From Psammoneis japonica (Eukaryota): 64,000 nt of DNA. Shown piece by piece: positions 36,678-49,324 of this stretch (the first letter of the stretch is position 1; each line of letters opens with the position of its first letter). The stretch lies in the NCBI GenBank assembly GCA_008632985.1, contig QPGO01000048.1:1-64000 (forward strand), given 5' to 3'. Below the pieces are notes generated by a model. It saw only the letters and a list, made by a program, of their open reading frames with translations, was not told where the DNA came from and did not search any database. Made by a program: the position numbers and the translations under genes.

Positions 36678-37128
36678 TGGAGCTCAACCCGATAATACAA
36701 CATGTACAAAAACAGTTGTTGACTTGGATATTCGTTATCGTATGTAGCATCAATTGTTTTCTTCTGACTCTACAACATGATTTGCTACGACCGCTCCAGT
36801 AGCACATGAATATATCGTCCTCTGCCTCTATGGCGTGACTGTGAGCTCAAATCTTGACTTCGTCAAAAAGTCGGAAAAGCAGGCGTCCACAACATTCAGT
36901 TTTCATTTATTCGAATGCTGCAAATTTTAAAACCAGCACCTCTAGCTAGTCGATTACGAGTATACGAGCGCAATCGAAGGACAGTGAAAATTGTGCGACG
37001 CCCAAGCACTTGATCTGTGGATCAAGTCCTTCCTGAGGATATACCCGTGTTACAAGTGCTATCAACTTTGATTTCTTAAAGCTTATGTATCCGTTTCTAT
37101 AACATTCTTCACTACTGTGTTGCACGTT

Positions 37129-38010
37129 TCACCTTACTTTTGACCCTTTCTTCTTGCGGCCAAGAGATACCATTGCGACCACGACCGCGCTAAGCAATAC
37201 CAAGACGGCAAGAATGCCGGTCGTACTACTTGTATCTGATCCAGCATCCAGGTAAGCCTTTCCAAGCTCATTTTGCTGAGCTGTTGCTCCAACTTTTGGT
37301 GGATCTTTTATCATTTGCTGCTGTTCTGTCTCTCTCTTCGCCGATTTACTTTCCCTCTCAACCGTGCACTTGAGAAAGTTATCCGTAAGCGGAAACTTGT
37401 CTTCAATGTACCTGCGCCCGGAGTAAATCTTTCCCTGTTCAGGTCCTTCACCCCACGGTGGCATATCTCCATAAGAGTAAAAGTTTCGAACATTTTCCAT
37501 CCCTTCAACTACCTCTCCAACGGGAGTTTCCCACGGACTTGATCCGAACGTTCCCCCATAAGAAATAAAGAGGTGCGACGTCCTTGAGTTATCGCCGCTG
37601 CCTGCAAAAGAAATCGTGCCCGCCTTGAATTTGATCGGAGGATCCCACTGTGGATCATCAAGAATGGTTGATTCCGCAAAGTTTTTGAGCATTTCGCTGT
37701 TTGTGTAGGAGATGCCAAACTGGACAAGAAAGTCCGGCACAACACGGAAAAAATGAGAGTTGTCATAATAGCCTTTCTCAAACAGAGCAACCGCCCGGTC
37801 GTATCCATGTGGCGACCAAGTCCGAGTAAACTTCATTGCAAATTTACCAGCACTTGTACCGCATCGGACAACGGCGACTTCGTCTTCAGGGACCGGCATG
37901 GTGGAATGCTTCTTCTTGTCTTTGTGCAACTTTGTGTCGGTAAAAGGTTGCATGTCCGTCAAAGCAATGACTGCAAGCTGGAAAGCGCGGCGGCGCGCGG
38001 CGGTAGACAC
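37129..38010 (-). CDS. Cyclophilin-type peptidyl-prolyl isomerase with C-terminal TM anchor (start uncertain)
   Basis: WSPHG..R, FFRVVPDFLVQFGI, GTISFAGSG.NSRT, PVGEVVEGME motifs. Confidence 0.85.
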   Translation of the reverse strand: MSTAARRRAFQLAVIALTDMQPFTDTKLHKDKKKHSTMPVPEDEVAVVRCGTSAGKFAMKFTRTWSPHGYDRAVALFEKGYYDNSHFFRVVPDFLVQFGISYTNSEMLKNFAESTILDDPQWDPPIKFKAGTISFAGSGDNSRTSHLFISYGGTFGSSPWETPVGEVVEGMENVRNFYSYGDMPPWGEGPEQGKIYSGRRYIEDKFPLTDNFLKCTVERESKSAKRETEQQQMIKDPPKVGATAQQNELGKAYLDAGSDTSSTTGILAVLVLLSAVVVAMVSLGRKKKGSKVR

Positions 38011-38275
38011 GCAAAGTCGAAATGGTTCATTATCTTATTAGTTGATTTATATATCTTATTGAAATAAAAACCTTTCAAGTTTGAATATAAATTGATATAT
38101 ATATCTGTAATCGTTGGCTGTTCCTACCATATCAAATCTATTAGAGCATTGATACTTAGGAAATACAGTAAGAATGTAATCATCCATTAATATATTTTAT
38201 TTAAAATTGTTTGCAGGGAAACAGCAACAGCATTTTGTCAAACACCATTGCACCCAGAAACAAAACGCAGCCACC

Positions 38276-38862
38276 ATGTCGGTTCCAACAACGCTTATCA
38301 GCGGTACAATTGCCTACCTTGTTCTTTTTGGTATCCTTATTGGATTAGTATTTGCCTCTTTGGCAACTGGCATGCTGAATAAGGACAATGCAGCGTAAGT
38401 TTCAACGATTCGCTTGTGACTGACTGTCGGCGAGCTTTACGTATGATGACCGTAGCCGCATACCACGAGCATGTTGTGGGTGAACAAGACGATGCTTCGT
38501 TCCAAGCAATATCTCTTTAAGTTGTTTTTTGTCTTTCTAACGTTTTCTCGCTGTTTGTCTTTTTTCTTTGCAACAGTGTCGGACACGTAGTAGTATCAAT
38601 CGCTGTTTTCTCCATGTGGCTTTTCTGGTGAGTTTGTTCCAAGAAAACGATGGCGGCATTTGTCAATACGGTGTTTTGCTTTCAAAGGCAAACTCAGGAC
38701 GACAGGACGTTTTTATGTAGAGGGCTCGGAGAGGGCTCGTCGTTCGTATGTATTGTCTTGAGTTCTAAAGCACCGTTTGTTGTTCGATGAACTGCTTTTC
38801 ACAGGCTCTGCGCATGGATGCATCAGTGGCACCCGCTCATTCAACCGATATACGAGGAATAG
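38276..38862 (+). CDS. V-type ATPase V0 subunit e (3 exons)
   Basis: Spliced product ...SIAVFSMWLFW/LCAWMHQWHPLIQPIYEE*, two TM helices, GT-AG introns. Confidence 0.88.
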
Positions 38863-39196
38863 TCAAGGCTTTGTGGATTGAGTAATGAAAAATTCAGACC
38901 TCGCTGCAAACTTCTATGGAACAGAATAACAATAGATTTCAGCACATACATTGAACATCTCCCGATTACCATTCACAACCTCGTCAAGGAAACAGTATAA
39001 CGTATAGACCGGGGCGCACCATGCGTTGTATTGGTAGCGACCGTCTTCTTCCGATTTTGCGCCCCGAATAATGAGAAAACGATTGTAGATACTTCCACAT
39101 CATACCTGAACATCCGCTTTCAAGACTCCCAAGAGGCCTCTCGTTCCTTTCTCACAGCCCTCCTGACAGATAAGCTCCTCTCTTTTTCTTTATTCA

Positions 39197-40945
39197 TTAT
39201 GAGCCAAGTTCCTCGGTGAGAAAATATGAGATTGCTTGATTCCACCAATTTGGTAGGGGCGCTTCAACGTCAATGTCATATTCAGTGATGCACAATCATG
39301 AGGTATGCAGCAAGAATCGCTGCTGCTCACCATCCACCGGCAAAGCGGCAACATGGGCCAACGAGTCTCTGTCGTCGCTTGTACTTGAATAGTCGGTGTC
39401 AAAGAGAATGGGGAATCCCAATCCTTCGGCACAGTGAACTCACACTTGATGTTTCCTTCCAGCACGAGTTTCGATTCGAAGACACACAGGGCAGAATCAC
39501 TGCATTCTTCAACTGCAGCAAAGGTAGACTGGGGTGTGCCGACTTCCCGTGCACTGGAATGTCAATCTCCCCATGAAAAGGGATTTCCTTTGCACTGGCA
39601 GCTGCCACAGTCAAGCAGCTCTTTTTTGCTTTGCAAAAAAAAAGAATTCAGCAACAAGCTTTGCATTCATTTCATCAGTTTTTGCAAGTGCAGTGCAGCC
39701 AGGTGTCCTGCGATCAATTCTGTGAACAAGGCCCCTTCTTTCATGATTGAGTGCTGAAAGCGGGACATTGAAATGATCCAGGAAATCCTCCAAAGATGCA
39801 TCAAAGCATGTCCTGGATTGCTCTCACCCTTTCTTTAAACTGGAAGATCTTTGCAAAGAAAGAATTCAGCAACAAGCTTTGCATGCATTTCATCGGTTTT
39901 GGCAAGTGCAGTGCAGCCAGATGTCCTGCGATCAATTCTGTGAACAATGCCTCTTTCTTCATGATTGAGTGTTGAAAGCAGGACATTGAAATGATCCAGG
40001 GCATCCTCCAAAGATGCGTCAAAGCATGTCCTGGATTGCTCGCACCCTTTCTTTGAACTGGAAGATTGCATTCTTCCAGCCGAAGTCTTGCATCTCCTGT
40101 TGAAGCATGCCACACCAGGCAGTTTGATGCAACCACTGCACTCCCAGATCAATGCAAAAATTGAAAATCAAGGCCACACAAGTCTCAAAGCAGTTCTTCC
40201 ACATCCTTGACTTGTGCTGCTCAGCCCTTGCATTGAGTTGCAGCCCTTGCATGATGGCATTTTGACCCTCCTTTCTTCTTGATCAGTTTTCCATCATTTT
40301 CCAGCTTTCTCCAAAACTGGGTTGGCTTGTGACACAGTGAGGGAGCCATCAGATGCAAGGCACAAAGCTGAGCACACCAGCAACAAAACACCATGACATC
40401 AGGGCATGTTTCAATGGATTTGGACATGTCCCAAGCCAGCAGATGAGCTCCCCGGATGCAGCATCGTCAGCCAGACAACCAGACCCTGTGAAAGCACGCA
40501 AAATTCCAGACAGCTCAGGCTTGTTGTTTTCTGCTGCATCAAGTGATGTGCATTGACCAGGTCTTTGGGTGAAAGTTCAAGTGGCAATGTGTTGCAACAA
40601 ATCCAGAACAGCGTCAGTCTCACCAGCCATGGTGTGAACTTTCTTGGCATGGTCAGATGGGTCATTCATCAAAACAAGCAAACACAAGGGCTTGCTGCTG
40701 CTGCTGCTGCTGCCACTGTGCAAAGCACTTTCACAACCCAAAGGCTGGTCCATGGTGCACTCAGAGATGTCTGCATGATGACAAACCAACTGCTTTGAAA
40801 TGTCTTCCTTTCCAGGCACATTTGTGCTGCCTCTGACACCATGCCCCAATGCTCAACAGCTGACAATGTTCAAGCATCAACATTGAAAAATGGGGCCAGA
40901 GCAGCTGACAACCATTGACATCATCTCTGTCTCAATCTTCATCAT
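39197..40945 (-). pseudogene. RluA/RluD-family pseudouridine synthase pseudogene with internal tandem duplication
   Basis: KLPGVACF (motif I), GIVHRIDRRTSGC (motif II, twice), ETRAGRKHQV*VHCAEGLGFPILFD (motif III), RFLLHTS*L...VEAPLP.WW; in-frame stops and frameshifts; 5' end approximate. Confidence 0.85.
39641..40066. repeat. ~218-bp-period tandem duplication
   Basis: aaagaattcagcaacaagctttgca...aactggaagat occurs at 39641-39848 and again at 39859-40066. Confidence 0.95.
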
Positions 40946-41039
40946 GGGATTCATTTGTTGAGAGACCATGCCCGATGAGCGCTCACAGGGGGGGAAAGCA
41001 GGTGCCTTCTTCATTTGTTTTCATGTCCAGCTGTGCCAG

Positions 41040-41998
41040 CTTTTCATGCCATCATGTTGTGGTGCTGAGTGTTGCTTTCAGTGTTTGATTGTGTGGTGTT
41101 TGGTGTGTGGCACACAGGGCCAGAATTGTGCCCCCATGCAGGCCAACTTAGCAAGGACTTGCACATTTCAGAGCAGCAGAACAAAATCCAAAACTTGCTG
41201 CTCTCACTGTGCCTGTGCTCATGGCAGCCTGAGCCACAATTGGCAGCAACCTCTGTCATTCAGTTGGCAGCAACCTTCATCAATTGGTGGCCACAGGCTC
41301 AGGCACTCAACCTCCCTCTCAGCTTTCAGTGACACCCCAATCTCAACAATCTCAACGAAGGGAACCTCCATCAGCTGGCAGTGACATCTCTGTCAACTGG
41401 CAGCAACCTTCATCAATTGGTGCAAACAGCACCATTTGTGCCACACAATGGGTGACAACCATCAACATCACCTCTGCCTCAACCTCAATGTCCCAAAACT
41501 CATTTGCTCAAGGACCGCGCCTCTGCCAACCTCTTGGCACATCCCTCTCTCATGCAGCTGCCAGGGGTCTCTGGTTTGTGTGTTCTCAGGTGAAGTGGCC
41601 TTTCCAACTTGCTTCTATCCACCCCCTCTTTGTGCTGTCACTTTTGTCATGCTGAGTGTTGCTTTGAGTGTTTGATTGTGTGGTGGGGTCCAGTGCATGT
41701 GTGGTGTGCATCAAGCAGGGCTGTTGTCATGCCCACATGGACCAATTCAATGAGGACTTGCACATTTCAAAAAACACAAAATCCAAAACACCATTCTCAC
41801 CATGCCTGCACTCTTGGCAGCCTGAGTCAATTGGCAGCAGTGACCTCCATGAATTGGAGCGATGCAAGTGACACCAGCACTTGTGCCATGCAACAGGCAA
41901 CAACTTCCTCCTCAATCTCAATCCTAAAACTTGTCTGCCAAGGGACTATGCCTGCCGAGCTCTTGGCTTCCATCTCTCTAGCAGCTGCCAGGGCTCTC
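41040..41998. repeat. Degenerate nested direct repeats, TpA/CpG-depleted
   Basis: gctgagtgttgcttt.agtgtttgattgtgtggtg at ~41064 and ~41651; tggcagcaaccttcatcaattggtg at ~41265 and ~41398; cagctgccaggg at ~41555 and ~41982. Confidence 0.8.
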
Positions 41999-42340
41999 TA
42001 TTTTTTGTGTTCTCTCATTGTTTCTAGTAGAGAAAACGTGGATTTCACTTCGTTTGGAATCCCTGATGTCCACACAAGATTAGCAATCGCGACCTACCAT
42101 CCATCACGGGATTGACATAAATGAGAACGGCGTCCTTAGAACTACTGATTATATTGACAGGCAGTTAAGATGTGTTTTTTATGTTCTTTGCCGCAAGATC
42201 CATACAAAGCAAGGAATCAGACGTATGCTCAAGTCCACCACTACACTGCAATACCAGCACAACAGGCGTATGCTGTCGTCTTCAAGCCGTTGCGCGGAGT
42301 ATGACAAATATACGGCACGCCTTCTACCAGGCTCTTTCAA

Positions 42341-43817
42341 CTACGGATCATCTACTTCTGGATTGCTTTTCGGTTTCACTCGTACGACGACGTCGCTGTG
42401 CGATGGCAACGCAGTCGCACCTCCTGCGTTCTTAACAATTCCTTGTTGAGCACAAAGTTCCACAAAATCCTCATGGCTGGCGAGATCAGCCCAACGACTT
42501 TCTAAGGTCCGTGGATGTCGACCGGGGAAGGCCCGAGATATTTGGATCCAGTCCAAGCTTTGGGAGTCCCTGACTGCAAGCAACAATCTTTCATCTTCCT
42601 CGGGAGCAAAGGGCTTCGTCGATAGGTCTGGGTCAAGGGAGCGATTCCATTTTTCTGACACAGATTTTGACGCTCGATTAGGAAAGTGAACCTGATGCAA
42701 TAAGTAGAAAATGACAGAATGAGATCTAAGTCCGAAAGTAAGCAACGAAACAGTGGACAACAGAGACTCTCGTATTTTCTTACAGCAGCCTTGACAAGCG
42801 GGGAGGGCTCATCGCGATACACTTTCATACAAAGAACAAGCTTCCTTTCTTCGTCCTTCGACCAAACATCATGAATATAGTTGGGATTAACAAGTGATGC
42901 ATGCGCCCTTGATAAAATCTGTCTTGGGACTTGTCCGGTAGCATTCGAAGTGACATTTGAGCAGCTGCATGGAGATTAAAGACCCAGCCTGGACCCATTG
43001 CAGACGCGTACTTAAACAGCATTTCATCCTCTTCAGGAGACCACTGTGATGCACGAGATCGTTTCGACTGGTAGTTGGAAAAGCACTGCCACGTGGTTCG
43101 ATTAGTGTCAAGAGAGGAAGCAACATCGTCCCAGCGAACAGCGCCGTTTTGCGTTTCTTGATATTGTATGTTCTCCAGAATCATATTCGACTCTTGCGTC
43201 GTGAGGGGAGTAGAAGTAGATGTCGAGTGTAAGAATTTCAGGCGACATTCCGATCCAGTACGAGTGTGCGCCGAGCCACCTTTAGCCCTAATTGTCTCAT
43301 TTAATATGTCCGCCACGCGTTCAAAGTTAACTTCTTGAAGGGAAGCAGAATCCGCGCAAGCCGCCTGAAGTTGAGACACGATACCACAAACACTTTCTAA
43401 TTCACCCTTTGACCACGGTGGAGATTTACTGAATAACACTTTTCCCTCTTCCAAGCTTCGTCTTTTGTTGGTATCCTCATTGTGGGGAGGAATGCTCCCG
43501 TCAGGGTCGACGAAGAATCTTTTGGTCCACTTTCGATACGGATCGTAGTTCCACTTCTTCTTCAAATAGCTCGTATGCCCCCTACTTGACGAGGACTCGT
43601 TACGCGTCCGCCTTGGCTGTTTTAGAAGTTTTTCCGGCTCTTGCGAAGCATCTTCGAGCTTTTCCCACGTCACCGCCAACTGAGCCGCAACACGAGAGGC
43701 AACGCGACGGTTTTCGGCCTTGTGTCGTGCCAATCGTTTCAGTTCACAAAGAATCTTTGCTTGAAACTGACGATTGGACTCGAGCGCTTTTTCAATCGAA
43801 ATAGCCGTCTCTTCCAT
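42341..43817 (-). CDS. Myb-repeat protein (SNAPC4-like); intron and apparent frameshift near 42915
   Basis: PWSKGE, WDDVASSL.TNRT.WQC, WSPEEDEML, FAPEEDERLL...WIQIS..FPGR. Confidence 0.75.
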
Positions 43818-44159
43818 GGCGAGGATCGTACCGGTATCAACACAACACGAAACCTTTGCCTTGGGAGCGGCGGCGCATTGCTTGTTGCTTGCTTGCTCGC
43901 TTGCAAGCTTGACCAAAGAAGAACAGTGCGAACAGCCGCCGATCGCCGATCGAAGGTTCCTTGTGCGCGGCCGCGCGGCCGGGCGGGTGTGTAGGGGCAA
44001 TGACGTCATCATTATTTAGCCACATTCGTTCGTGTCACGAGTCAACGAGAACGCGAACGTGACAAAATGACGCGCACAAATCCAAAATCTTTGCCAATGG
44101 CAGCCGATCCCCGCCTGCGTACGGTACGATAGCCATTGTCACCTCGACACCATATAACA

Positions 44160-45902
44160 ATGTTGTCGCATCGATCACTGCGTCACAAGGTATTCCAGGA
44201 ACTGAAATTTGGTATACGAAGAAGCAGTGTCTCTAGTTTGCGTCCTGTTGTGTCCGCTACGAAACGATTGGGTGGAGTAGTATTATGCGAACCGCCCTGC
44301 CGATCACAGTCGACTGCTACTTTTCCGGTAGACATTGAACAAGTGCATATCGGGAAAGAGGGTGAAGTATTTCAAGCTAAGCTTGATGATGAAGGCTCCG
44401 GCGTTGAACTGACATTCCCAATGAGCAGGGGCGAGTCTGTCACATCGTATTTTCACGCCCCGTGGCTCTGGTCGAACAACCCATCCTTTGTTCATCCCAC
44501 CTCCGGGCAACGATTGAAGACTCCAGGTCGATATCCTGGCACCAAAATTGCCGCAGTTGATTTCTTGGCTGGTGAAGACGAGCTCAAATCTTCTGGAGCA
44601 ACATTACCGATCCCATTACCACCGAAGGGCTGCGTGCATCCAGTGGGAACTGTTTTCAAGCAACCGAACAGTAATGACGATGAATCACAGCTGTTAATTC
44701 GTGTCGAATGGGAACCGACTAGTAACGAGCAGGACCTTTTCGTCTCATATTATTCTGTCGACTGGCTTCGGCAGTGGAGATATGACGACGAGGCTTTACA
44801 ACAAAGACAATGTCTCTCTCAGGTTACTGAAGAGCATTGCATCAGACGAAGAAGAAATGAACAGGATGGGCTTCTTCACGTCGACTTCAGCGAGTTAGCT
44901 ATCGATGATTGTGACGATACAAGGTTTGAGATATTACAGGTACTGTAACAACTCGAAGCAATGATACGCTCTTCTCCCTTTCTTCCACACAGCAATTTCG
45001 CTTTCTAACTCTCATTCGATACGTTTCGTGCTTTTCAGGCAATTTTCCGAGATGGCGCCGCGATTGTCAAGAACGCTCCAGCGATTCCACCATGTATCGA
45101 TTCTTCCGTTGAACTCGTGGGTCGTAAATTGGGCGGGACACTTTCACACGGGGCTTTGTATGGCGACGTCTTTCATGTCCAATCCTTTCCTGATGCCCAC
45201 AACTTGGCTTATACCTCGGTACCGCTACAACCACATCAAGACCTTGCTTATTATGAAAGCATGCCGGGATTGCAGTTGCTGCATTGTGTTGAGAATAGTG
45301 GGGTCGATGGCGGGGAGAGTGTTTTGATAGACGCAATGGCAGCAGCAAATCGTTTCCGACAAGTCGCTCCACAGTACTTTGAAATATTGATGACGTGTCC
45401 TGCAACCTTTGTAAAGCAGCGAGAGGGCGCTGATATGGTGTACCGTCGACCGCATATTGCTGTGGATGCCATGGATGGCGAAATTGTGAGCGTGTCCTGG
45501 AGCCCCCCATTTGAAGGACCAACAAGCCTACCGGCTCATTTGGTTGAGGCATATTATGAAGCTTACGCTGCGTTTGAACTCATGTTGGATAATTCCCTAC
45601 CTGAAAACTGCCAGGCTAGTGTGATCCCTGAAGCTCTCAGTTCCGTGTTACAGGATTACGCACATGAACACACTTGGGAGCGTCAGCTGGAGCCCGGCGA
45701 GATTCTTGTTTTCAACAATCGTAGATTGCTACATGGTCGCCGCGGATTCTCAGTGAATGAGGGTGCCGGCCACGGTCGTCACCTCGCGGGTGCGTACACC
45801 AACATAGATGACACCTTGAAAGAGTATAGATGCCTCCGAAGAAAAAGGAACGATTGTCGCCCAGTGCCAAATGCGGGGAATGGGAGTATCATGGTGCTGT
45901 GA
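44160..45902 (+). CDS. TauD/gamma-butyrobetaine dioxygenase-like 2OG-Fe(II) enzyme (1 intron)
   Basis: NLAYTSVPLQPHQDLAYYES.PGLQLLHC, GGESVLID, FNNRRLLHGRRGF. Confidence 0.88.
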
Positions 45903-46074
45903 CAAGCACTTTGCGAGTCGTCGTTCTTGCATTTCCAGGAGCAAGTAACAGGGCAGTAGAACAAGTATTTAAAAAAGAGAATCTGTCAAGCCTCAATTGT
46001 GTTGAGCTCAAATCCCACAGAATGAAAATAATGAAGTGAAACAGATTTGCGTTAGCTAGCAATTAGCGAATTTT

Positions 46075-46746
46075 TTATATTTCATCGGGAACATCTTGCA
46101 AAAGGCCGAAGAACTCATCAACTAGCTCCAGCTCTTGCTTATAAATGACAAGGAAGCTCTTGGCATCTTGTTTGCTCACAGGGAGATCGCCTGCCTGGGC
46201 GTACTTCTGAATAAGCTTGACATTTTCTAGAGCCTTCTTTTTCTTCTCTGGATCCGAAATGCCGTTCGCGATGGCCTTCATGTCTTCGCCCACCTGGTAA
46301 AGTCTGCGAAGAAAGCCTCCGATGTTATCCCATTCTTGGGCATCGATTTCACTTGCATGCTCAGTCACTCGTTTTCCTACAGCCTGCGAACAAATGATAC
46401 AACAGCGAATGCAATGGCTTGTTAGGTGTGAGCTGACCCCTCAATTTTCGCCTTGGTAACTGCGGGATCACCAAACGTCAACGATACGCACCATCAGATC
46501 TGATTTAATATTGTAGGCCCTACTGAACTGCGCGGCCCCCTTGGGAAGTGTATTCCCGTCAGACACATCGGCACAGGAAGGTTCAACTGCGACAAAAGAT
46601 GCAGCTGTTGCCAGGCCAGAGAGGAATTGACGCCTTCCAATTCCGTCAGTTGTTGTGAAATCGCCATTTGCGGGACCAAATGAAAATGATAACGCACACG
46701 CGGCCATGGCCGAGAGGAAGAACACCGAGGCGCAGCACGTTCGCAT
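46075..46746 (-). CDS. Plastid thylakoid-lumen helical protein (PsbQ-like), 1 intron
   Basis: Signal peptide + F, twin-Arg RRQFL, A-x-A-like cleavage site, helical mature part. Confidence 0.6.
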
Positions 46747-47071
46747 GATGGAATATTCGAAGGAGACGTCAGCCGAAAGAACTTGCGCTAGGAAGCAATG
46801 CCCAGCTCGAGAAAGTCAACTCTACTTGAAAATTAAAAGTGAGCTAACAGGAACACTGAAGCTGCGAAACGACTAAGTCCCCGTGCGAATAACTCGTTAC
46901 GTATTCACTACAACAGCGCAAGAAGTTATCCGGTGTAGTGCGTGATGAGGAGTGAGTCAGAGAGGGAAATGCTGAAAATAAATCTCCAAAACGAGGAGCA
47001 AAATCGCGCCAGAACGCGCATAGTTTTCCCGCCAAATTGTGTGCGCCTTGCGGCCGCAAGCAACATGACAC

Positions 47072-48217
47072 ATGACAACAAATTCTGTTGAATGTTGTCT
47101 GCTTTTTGTGTTGAGTTTACGTTCTAGCGGGTGTGGAAATGAGATCAGTACAGATACAGTGCATCGTCATCTATTTGTTCGCCAGAGTTGCAGCTGATGT
47201 CTCAAGTTCGACGAAAGCGCGTGCAATGCAAATGGAATTGGCGTTCGGCATGTTTGGAGCAAGGAGACTCCCCAAGATCCCGTCGTCTCCCTCCGGCCGG
47301 TAAGCATATCGGAATTCAAACTTGTTATCTATTATTTTCTAGCTTCGACTCCTGATTCAACATCCGTCTAATGAGCGATATTCGCAGTGACAGACAGGCT
47401 GTTGATTCCGTAAAGGTTGCCATTTCCTCCCCGAAAGACCCTGCTTTCCCGCTCATAGAGTGTGAATTTCCACCTCTTCAGGCGTTGAACAAACTCGGAG
47501 ATGGATCGCTTCGATCCGCACTTGAAGTTGACCAGGCAAGTCTTAGGGCGCAGATTACTTTCTGGATGAGATCAGCTCTCTTTGCACTCTACTTGCACAC
47601 ATATTTCATAGCCAGCCATTTTTGTACTCACAGAAACACAGCTTACGCTCTTGCCATTCGAATGACAGGCCAACCTCGCCTTTGCAGCAAAGCTTTTACA
47701 GTCGATAGCTCCATTGCCACAAATTGGCCCCAAAACATGGCTGTTGATCAGCTCCACAGCATCTGCGAACTTCCTTGCCAAAGCGAAGCAAAAACTTAGA
47801 ACCAGCAACGTGCAATCTCTCAAGGATGGCCTCCCTGACCTTGGAGCTAAGGATGTATGTGTTTTTCTCTCTCCCTCTTCAAGGAGTGATTATATAGCTG
47901 CTCAGGATGTTGCTTCTGAGGGAAATGCAGCAGTGATATTGAATGGCTTTGCAAAAGATGCGAAAAGCGTTCCAACGAGAGCGACCATGGCTTATTTTGA
48001 GAAGCCACTCACGTACAACTCTCAAGTCGCTGGATACCTATTGCGTGCCTTTCCTTCAGAATGGACTGTGGTCGACGCAGTTACCCAAGAAGTTCTTGGT
48101 ACTTTTGGTGATGAGAAGATATTGGTTAGGGGCACCAACACTCCAGATCTCCGCGAGGCCGGGCGACTAGTTCAGAAATCAGTCGACGAAAGGGCTATTC
48201 GTGCAAGGCAAGGTTAA
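47072..48217 (+). CDS. DUF1995-like plastid protein (multi-exon)
   Basis: Signal peptide; LIECEFPPL, VILNG, GYLLRAFPSEW motifs. Confidence 0.7.
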
Positions 48218-48442
48218 TCCAGACTCACTGTCATGCAGCATGGATTGTCACAAGTTTCTCCCACCAAACTACTATTGTAGAGCTTGGTCGTATGTAGATG
48301 AAACCAAGGCTTGTGGTGTGGTACCGTACAGACTACTTTCTAAACTCTTCTTAGGGAAATTTACGGTTCGAAAGCTAGCGTACTTTGAATACGAGTAGTA
48401 TGGTAGCGGGGTGTGGCACTCTCTTTCTGCCAAACCTTTGCG

Positions 48443-49324
48443 TTACCGTCCACAACCCACCGACATTCGAGTATCGGCACCTGTCGTTGGGTTTTCGCCC
48501 TTAAGAGATGGATTCTTGCACAGATTTCTAATATCAAAGTCGCCCAAATACGCTTCAGTGAAGTCTGCATTTTCTACATCAGCGTCTTCAAAGCTCGTCG
48601 CCGTCAGGACTGCGTTAGTGAAGATTGTTCCCCGCAAACTTGAGCCTTTAAAACTCGCTCTGTCCACAACGGCATTTGTGAAGTCCGCCCCATCAAAGTT
48701 GCTATCTGCAATCCAATGTTATGAGTGTGAGCGAACGAACGAAAGACGACGATCAATGATTTCTCCAGTGATCTTACCATGAAGGTACCCCTTGCTGAAA
48801 TATGACTCGATAAACTTTGCATTAGACACATCCGTCTTAGACATGATGACACCGGAAAGATCAAAGCCGTCAGCCTTCGCACCAGAAAGCTGGCATTCTC
48901 GAAGATCGTAAAGTTTGTCCCTAGCAGCATTCGCCTGGCCCATTTTACTGCTATTTAGAACACAGCGATTTTTATCGCTCACGTCAATCGGTGGTAGCTT
49001 GAATTCCTTGGTTTGCCCTACGCTCACCGGTGAATCAGAATTCGACAAACAATGAGCAATTACCATCGAGATCGTGACAGCATTTCAGGAACTACAAGAG
49101 GATGACTCACCATCAGCGAACGCGGGGAGAGGACTGGCCAAAATAGCACATGATACAGCTGCTGCTGCAGCGGCTCTGCCGATTACCGCCAGAGCGTCAT
49201 TCGAATGGTTTTCTGCATACAACGAAGTTGGTGTGCGTTGAGGACTCCTCGGTAAAAATGCATCAGCGCCTCCATTCAGGACTGCGAACAACACGCTCAG
49301 GGTGGATAAGAGACGTGGCATCAT
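48443..49324 (-). CDS. Thylakoid lumenal 17.4 kDa pentapeptide-repeat protein (TL17-like)
   Basis: ADAF plastid-targeting motif, PAFA cleavage site, LPPID..DKNRC...GQANA..DKLYDLR.C, pentapeptide repeats, C-terminal LCKNP...GC. Confidence 0.88.

Noticed and set aside
39641..41998. CRISPR-like array
   Set aside because: The repeats are long, degenerate and lack unique regular spacers; the context is eukaryotic and no cas genes are present.
7447..45902. A locally encoded enzyme (2OG oxygenases, DUF2431 methyltransferase) as the mutator
   Set aside because: I recognised no deaminase (HxE...PCxxC) or DNA-modifying motif, and adjacency is not evidence in a eukaryotic genome.
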